From Candidatus Actinomarina sp. (GTDB taxonomy: Bacteria > Actinomycetota > Acidimicrobiia > Actinomarinales > Actinomarinaceae), in NCBI GenBank assembly GCA_038142145.1, contig JAYQJM010000005.1, positions 252,733 to 316,732 of the forward strand: a DNA stretch of 64,000 bases, in the 5' to 3' direction. The notes beneath the pieces are model-generated. The model did not search any database, was not told the origin of the DNA, and worked only from the letters and a program-made list of their open reading frames with translations. Below, one piece after another: positions 58,657 through 64,000 of this stretch (position 1 is its first letter; each line of letters begins with the position of its first letter). Both the position numbers and the translations under genes were made by a program.

Positions 58657-59869
58657 AGTTAAAAAAGTCTTAATTGTTACACATCAATTTGTTCCACACC
58701 AAAGTCCAAGAACCACGAGGTGGAAATTGATTTATGACGAGTTAAAAAGAGAGGGTATCGATGTACATGTGGTGACTGGTACTCCTCAAAACGGTAGTGA
58801 CTCCAACATAATTTATATTGGTAATAAGAAAGCTAGTAAAGTTGTAAAGAATTTAAGAGATCAATCTAATGTTCACCAAAAATCTTTTTTTAAAAATTTA
58901 GTTCTTAGATTATTAAAAAAAATATATCGATTTTTTTATAAAGCATTTGCATGGCCTGACTATACGATGTTTTGGGTATTTTCAATATGGAGAAACAGGA
59001 AAAATATCAATTTAGATTATGATTTGATAATTTCAGTGAGCTTACCTTTTTCTTCTCATATTGCCGCTTATTTAATAAACAAAAAAAGAGGTAAAGAGTG
59101 GATAATGGATATAGGGGATCCATTTAGTTTGAAGATTAATGCGTATGAAAATAATAAATATTTATATAAGTCTTTGAATTATTTTGTTGAAAACAAGTTT
59201 TATAAACTAGCTTCTAAGATTATTTTTACGCATAAACAAGCTTTAGAAGTTCACAAAAATTTCTTTAAAATTAATTCTAAAAAATTATTTGTTGGTAACC
59301 CGATTAGTTCATTTGATAACAATCTATATAAAATTGCAAAGGATTACGACTACTCAGTGCGTCCAATTGAATTCGGTTATTTTGGTATTCTCACAAAAGG
59401 TGTAAGGTCACCAATAAATGTTTTAGAAGTTCTCGACACAGAAAAAATTAATTTTAATTGGTATACAAATCCTGATTCAAAAAAAATGATTGAAGACACA
59501 GTGATCAAAAAAGAAAATCATAGTTTTTTTGACATAGTTCCTAGAGAAAAGGCATTAGATAAAATGGTTGGCAACTTACATTGCCTGTTGTCAATTGGCA
59601 ATTTAAATCCAACTCAATTACCAAGCAAAGTCATTGAGTATTTGTCAACCGGCAAGCCAGTTGTGCACTTTGCTGAAATTGAAGATGATCCAGTTTATGA
59701 TCTTAAAGATTTTTTTAATAATTTATTAATTATTACAAAAAAAGATAATTTACTAAATATTGAAAACTCATTAGATAAATTGTTTTCTTCAGTAGGAGAA
59801 TTTGATGAAAATTACTTTAAAAATAACTACAGCTCTAAAGCAGTAATTAAATTATTAGAAGTCTTTTAG
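58634..59869 (+). CDS. Glycosyltransferase (GT-B, GT4-like)
   Basis: C-domain ...LPSKVIEYLSTGKPVVHF; N-domain basic amphipathic. Confidence 0.5.
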   Translation: MQSLTMNKVKKVLIVTHQFVPHQSPRTTRWKLIYDELKREGIDVHVVTGTPQNGSDSNIIYIGNKKASKVVKNLRDQSNVHQKSFFKNLVLRLLKKIYRFFYKAFAWPDYTMFWVFSIWRNRKNINLDYDLIISVSLPFSSHIAAYLINKKRGKEWIMDIGDPFSLKINAYENNKYLYKSLNYFVENKFYKLASKIIFTHKQALEVHKNFFKINSKKLFVGNPISSFDNNLYKIAKDYDYSVRPIEFGYFGILTKGVRSPINVLEVLDTEKINFNWYTNPDSKKMIEDTVIKKENHSFFDIVPREKALDKMVGNLHCLLSIGNLNPTQLPSKVIEYLSTGKPVVHFAEIEDDPVYDLKDFFNNLLIITKKDNLLNIENSLDKLFSSVGEFDENYFKNNYSSKAVIKLLEVF

Positions 59870-60796
59870 TACTTCAATCCAGTTTTCATCATAGCTATAT
59901 GTTGTTACAGAATTATTTGTATTGCTTAGTGCTTCCACCAGTTTCTTTTTAGCATCTTCTAAGTTGCCATGTTCGTATGTAAATACATTGTTTTCATCAA
60001 AATACTGCATGTAAGGTAAATTTGGTGCAACTATTATTAATCCAGAATCTGAAGCTTCATACAAAGGAAGTCCAACAGTCTCGTAATTACTAGCATGAAA
60101 GTATATAGAACTTTCATTCATCAAATTTTTTATATCTATGTCTTTACTTAGAATTTCAGTTTTATATTTTTGAATTTTTTGAGAAGGGTTAATAATTGTA
60201 AAATTTTCGTATTCTTCAAACATATCAAAAGTTTTAAGAATAAATTTAAAATTCTTATTAGGCTCAGTTGATCCAAAAACAATTACAGATTTATTGTTTA
60301 TGTAATCTTTTTTACTAATGTTGATTCTTCCAACTTCTATTATTTTTTCTTTAAATTTTTCTTCAATAAATTTTTTCATATGAGGAAGTTGAATAATAAT
60401 TTTATCTGCATATTTAAAGCTATTTGTTATCAGCATCTTTAAAATTTTATTTTTTAGTCTGTTTGAATTAAAGGGTAAAAGATTTTGAATGAAGATGTAA
60501 GAATTGATATTGGTCTTAAACCCAAAATTGCCATAATGAATAATCCCATCAAAGTCATTTATAAGATTTTTGGTTTTTTTGTCTAAAAAGAGATTTAGAA
60601 AGGGATGAAAGTATCTTTTTAATGATATTTTTTTTAAAACAACGTTTTCGTTAAAATCTATTCCACTAATCTGCTTCTCGTTTGAATAAAGTATTAATAA
60701 TTTATTGTTATTTGCAATATATTGATTTACAGAGTTTTTAAATAACTTAACGCCACCTAATGAATCAACTCCGCAAGCATTAAGTACTAATTTCAT
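59855..60796 (-). CDS. Glycosyltransferase family 4-like
   Basis: NYETVGLPLYEASDSGLIIVAP (E-x7-E), VFGSTEPNKN. Confidence 0.55.
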   Translation of the reverse strand: MKLVLNACGVDSLGGVKLFKNSVNQYIANNNKLLILYSNEKQISGIDFNENVVLKKISLKRYFHPFLNLFLDKKTKNLINDFDGIIHYGNFGFKTNINSYIFIQNLLPFNSNRLKNKILKMLITNSFKYADKIIIQLPHMKKFIEEKFKEKIIEVGRINISKKDYINNKSVIVFGSTEPNKNFKFILKTFDMFEEYENFTIINPSQKIQKYKTEILSKDIDIKNLMNESSIYFHASNYETVGLPLYEASDSGLIIVAPNLPYMQYFDENNVFTYEHGNLEDAKKKLVEALSNTNNSVTTYSYDENWIEVLKDF

Positions 60797-60814
60797 ATCT
60801 CAATTTCATGATAG

Positions 60815-61933
60815 TTGTTCATTAAATACTATTTAATAACTAAAATTCATTTAGTGAATAAATATGATATATGCTTAATAGTTGGCACTCGTCCCAATTT
60901 TGTAAAAGCAGCACCATTATTAAAACAACTTGAAGATTCCGGAAAGAGGGTGCTGTTTATTCATACAGGACAACATTTTGATGAGCAAATGTCAAATTTT
61001 ATTTTTAAAGACTTACAAATGAGGTCTCCAGATATAAATCTAAATACAAAACCAAATACTGAACCAAATCAAGTTGGTTTTATTATGTCTGCTCTAGATG
61101 ATATATTTCAAAATAATGTTATTTCTAAAGTTGGAGTATTTGGAGATGTTACCTCTACGTTAGCTGCATCCTTATCATCAAAATTAAATAATATTGAACT
61201 ATTTCATGTTGAGTCTGGATTACGCTCAAGAAATTTGGATATGCCGGAGGAGAGAAATAGGATAATTGTTGACTCAATTAGTGACATATTGTTTACGCCA
61301 TCGAAAGACGCAATTTTAAATTTAGAAAAAGAATTTATTGAAATGGAAAAAATTCACAATGTTGGAAATATTATGATTGATACTTTGTCTCAAAATGAAG
61401 AAAAAATTGATAAAAATATAGAGAAGCTTAGAAATCTTTTAAATTTACATTCTGAATATTTCGTAATGACAATTCACAGACCATCTAATCTTACAGAGGA
61501 TGCCTTGGAAAGAATTTTTATTGCAGTAAATACATTTTCTGAAGATTTTAATATTGTTTTACCTGCTCACCCTAGATTGTCACAATTTATAGATAAAAAG
61601 AATATTAAAGCGTCAAATATAAAACTTATTAACCCTTTGTCTTATATTGATTTTCTTTCATTAGTAAAAGGTTCTGAGCTGGTATTAACTGACTCAGGAG
61701 GAATTCAGGAAGAAACAACATACTTAAATAAAAGATGTTTGACTCTAAGAGATGATACAGAAAGACCCATCACGGTAGATTTAGGCACAAATACTTTGGT
61801 TGGTAGCAACTCAGAAACAATTATTTCTGAAATAAATAGCCATCTAGAGGGTAATATTATTAAAAGTCAAAAAATTGAAAAATGGGATGGAAAAACTTCT
61901 GAGAGAATTGTAGAAGTACTTTTTGATAGGTAA
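60815..61933 (+). CDS. wecB: UDP-N-acetylglucosamine 2-epimerase (WecB), copy 2 (true start may be GTG ~60853)
   Basis: [50 protein letters not shown]; directly upstream of wecC. Confidence 0.8.
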   Translation: [372 protein letters not shown]

Positions 61934-63195
61934 TGAAAGAATTTAAATATGATGTGGCCGTAATAGGCCTTGGGTACGTTGGGCTTCCATTAGCTGTAGA
62001 AGCTTCAATTAATGATGTTAAAGTTCTGGGTTTTGATGTAAACGAAGATTTAGTTTCAAGTTTACAGAGCGGTAAAACACATGTAGAAGATATTTCTGAA
62101 GAGCAATTAGGAGAAGCTTTAAATCATTCCTTAGTTATAACAACCGATTCAAGTGAATTAGCTAATGCACATCATATAATCATAAGTGTTCCTACGCCAT
62201 TAACCGATTACCAACCAGACTTAAGTTATGTTGAAAATGCTTCAAAAGCTATTGCTGAAAATTTATGTAAAGGTCAAGTAGTTATATTAGAATCTACGAC
62301 TTATCCAGGGACTACTCTTGAAGTAGTTTTACCAATACTTGAACAAGTTTCTGGCTTAAAAGCAGGTGACGACTTTCTTTTGGGTTACTCACCTGAAAGA
62401 ATAGATCCTGGGAACAAAACTTGGACATTTAAGAATACCCCAAAAATAGTAAGTGGAATTAATGAAGACTCATTAGCTGCTGTTTCAAAATTTTATAAGA
62501 ACATTATTGATGAAGTGGTAGAAGTCTCTGGAACTAAAGAAGCAGAGATGGTTAAACTACTTGAAAATACATACAGGCAAGTAAATATTGCGTTGATAAA
62601 TGAGCTGGCGATTCTTTGTAAAATGCTAGACATAGATATCTGGGAAGTAGTTAATGCCGCTAAAACAAAACCTTTTGGTTTTCAGTCATTCACTCCAGGT
62701 CCAGGAGTAGGTGGTCACTGTATTCCAATTGATCCAAAGTATCTTTCCTTTAAGACTAGACAAATTGGTCAACCGGTAAGATTTGTTGAGCTTGCTCAAG
62801 AAATCAATAACTCTATGCCATATTACGTTGTTTCTAGAGTCAATGAATTAATGAATAAGTATGAAAAGGTTTTAAATAATTCAAAAATATTAATTATGGG
62901 AGTGGCCTACAAGAAAAATATAAGCGACACTCGTGAGTCTCCAGCATTAGATGTTATAGAAGGTTTAATAAATAAAAAAGCTGATATCCATTATTTGGAC
63001 CCTTATGTTGACAGTTTAAATGTATCAGGAGTTGATATTAAAAAAGTCAATATAGATGAAGATTTCAACAAGTTTGATTTAATCATAATGCATACTCCTC
63101 ATACTATTTTTGAAGAGATTGACTTTGACGAAATCAAAACTTTAATATTTGATACAACTGGAAATGATTTTATAAATAACTCTGAAAGGATTTAA
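61933..63195 (+). CDS. wecC: UDP-N-acetyl-D-mannosamine dehydrogenase (WecC; UDP-glucose/GDP-mannose dehydrogenase family)
   Basis: VAVIGLGYVGLPLA Rossmann, catalytic GGHCIPID; wecB-wecC coupling (shared TGATG... ATGA overlap). Confidence 0.8.
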   Translation: MKEFKYDVAVIGLGYVGLPLAVEASINDVKVLGFDVNEDLVSSLQSGKTHVEDISEEQLGEALNHSLVITTDSSELANAHHIIISVPTPLTDYQPDLSYVENASKAIAENLCKGQVVILESTTYPGTTLEVVLPILEQVSGLKAGDDFLLGYSPERIDPGNKTWTFKNTPKIVSGINEDSLAAVSKFYKNIIDEVVEVSGTKEAEMVKLLENTYRQVNIALINELAILCKMLDIDIWEVVNAAKTKPFGFQSFTPGPGVGGHCIPIDPKYLSFKTRQIGQPVRFVELAQEINNSMPYYVVSRVNELMNKYEKVLNNSKILIMGVAYKKNISDTRESPALDVIEGLINKKADIHYLDPYVDSLNVSGVDIKKVNIDEDFNKFDLIIMHTPHTIFEEIDFDEIKTLIFDTTGNDFINNSERI

Positions 63196-63196
63196 C

Positions 63197-64000
63197 ATTA
63201 CTCCAGATTTTTCAAACCTATCTAAAACAATAAATTTGTTAGCTTCAGAATTAGGTAGTGTGATTAAATCTCAAGCGGGATTACGTTATTTCAATGTTGT
63301 TGAAAAAATTAGAATTAATTCAAAAGAGTATAGAAAATCTCAAAATAAAAAATATTTAGACGAAAACTTAGAAATCCTAAAAAGTCTTTCACCTGAAGAG
63401 ATTTTTATAATAACCAAAGCATTTACAATTTTCTTCTATCTATCAAACATTTCAGAGCAGGTTTTTAGGGAGCACTTTTTAGATGACAAAAATATTTCAA
63501 TTGATAAAACAACTGAAAAAAACTTAATTTTCTCACCTGTTTTTACTGCACATCCTACTGAAAGTTCTAGACAATCAACTTTAAAAAAAATATACAAAAT
63601 CGGAAAAATTATTGAAGAAAACAACTCTCAAGATATGTCAGAAATAAATGCCTTGATTACACAACTTTGGTACACAAGAGAAATAAGATCCTCAAAGCCA
63701 AGTCCCATTGATGAAGTTAAATCGTTGTTGTTTTATTTAGATATCTTATATCGAGATACTTATCAAAATTTAATCAATGATATTAAATTAAATGAAAAAA
63801 TTGATAATTTTACAATTAGTTATGGTTCTTGGGTTGGTGCAGACAGAGATGGTAATCCTTTTGTAACTACAAAAATTACAAAAGAAGCTTTGAAAATATA
63901 TTCATCACAAATAATAAATATTTATATGGAGAAGATTGTTGAATTGTCGGACGAATTCAGTATTTCAACAGATTTTGTAAAATGTCCGAGAATTTTACAA
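63197..64000 (+). CDS. ppc: Phosphoenolpyruvate carboxylase, N-terminal part (continues beyond window); no canonical ATG, start ambiguous (ATT 63197 / CTG 63182 / TTG 63236)
   Basis: VFTAHPTE and GSWVGADRDGNP signature motifs in frame 2; N-terminus NLSKTINLLASELGSVIKSQAG aligns with E. coli [22 protein letters not shown]. Confidence 0.8.
   Translation, partial: MTPDFSNLSKTINLLASELGSVIKSQAGLRYFNVVEKIRINSKEYRKSQNKKYLDENLEILKSLSPEEIFIITKAFTIFFYLSNISEQVFREHFLDDKNISIDKTTEKNLIFSPVFTAHPTESSRQSTLKKIYKIGKIIEENNSQDMSEINALITQLWYTREIRSSKPSPIDEVKSLLFYLDILYRDTYQNLINDIKLNEKIDNFTISYGSWVGADRDGNPFVTTKITKEALKIYSSQIINIYMEKIVELSDEFSISTDFVKCPRILQ

Noticed and set aside
49491-61933. Recent tandem duplication of wecB
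   Set aside because: The two WecB proteins differ substantially at the amino-acid level and have different neighbours, so they are old paralogs rather than a recent repeat.
33695-63240. Site-specific integrative element (genomic island with integrase and att repeats) at tRNA-Met
   Set aside because: No integrase, recombinase, transposase or excisionase ORF anywhere in the island. No copy of the tRNA-Met 3-prime end (GGTTCGAGTCCTGCCGGGCCCA) near the ppc boundary. The island is pure glycan-biosynthesis content.
1-64000. CRISPR arrays, rRNA genes, prophage or IS elements
   Set aside because: No regularly spaced direct repeats, no rRNA-like conserved blocks, no phage structural/terminase or transposase-like ORFs observed on reading the window.

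Overview
This 64-kb window comes from a very AT-rich (GC roughly 30% by eye), tightly packed bacterial genome with many 4-20 nt gene overlaps and almost no intergenic space. Several signals suggest a streamlined Gram-positive or actinobacterial-type lineage, for example marine Actinomarinales-like; this is an inference, not a database result. The signals are the gene order rne/rng-rplU-rpmA-obg-proB-proA...nadD-rsfS, the divergent rpsT/lepA pair, a dimeric-type GlyRS next to dnaG, a phoH/7TM-HD/ybeY block, and an LCP (LytR-CpsA-Psr) ligase.

Positions 1-33.2 kb are core housekeeping genes. They include the cell-shape operon mreB(partial)-mreC-mreD-mrdA-rodA, RNase E/G, rplU-rpmA-obg-proBA, a conserved MoxR-like AAA+/VWA pair, nadD, convergent trkH-trkA, rsfS, leuS, rpsT, lepA, rsmE, hit, phoH, the 7TM-HD protein, ybeY, uppS, glyQS and dnaG.

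Within that block, 16.3-19.9 kb looks like a decayed glycan-cluster remnant. It holds a 5-prime half of tRNA-Ala(GGC) fused to the start of a truncated Wzy-family ORF, an intact serC, an orphan ParB/Srx-like protein, and a GT4 glycosyltransferase pseudogene.

A tRNA-Asn / SCP2 / tRNA-Met(CAT) cluster at 33.2-33.7 kb marks the left edge of a roughly 29.5-kb cell-envelope glycopolymer island (33.7-63.2 kb) that ends at wecC-ppc. The island encodes:
- three Wzy/O-antigen-ligase-family membrane proteins, one carrying an embedded ConA/LamG-like domain;
- a Wzx flippase and an LCP ligase;
- two different initiating phosphoglycosyl transferases, one WecA/TagO-like and one PglC-like;
- many GT4 glycosyltransferases;
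- sugar-nucleotide enzymes: Ugd+Uxs (UDP-xylose), two WecB copies plus WecC (UDP-ManNAc(A)), several SDR epimerases, a WxcM/FdtA-like cupin and a sugar nucleotidyltransferase;
- an AsnB amidotransferase plus a heparinase II/III-like protein.

Three genes (proA, the GT4 gene, and one island epimerase) carry frameshifts. No integrase, transposase, CRISPR array, rRNA or prophage genes were seen.
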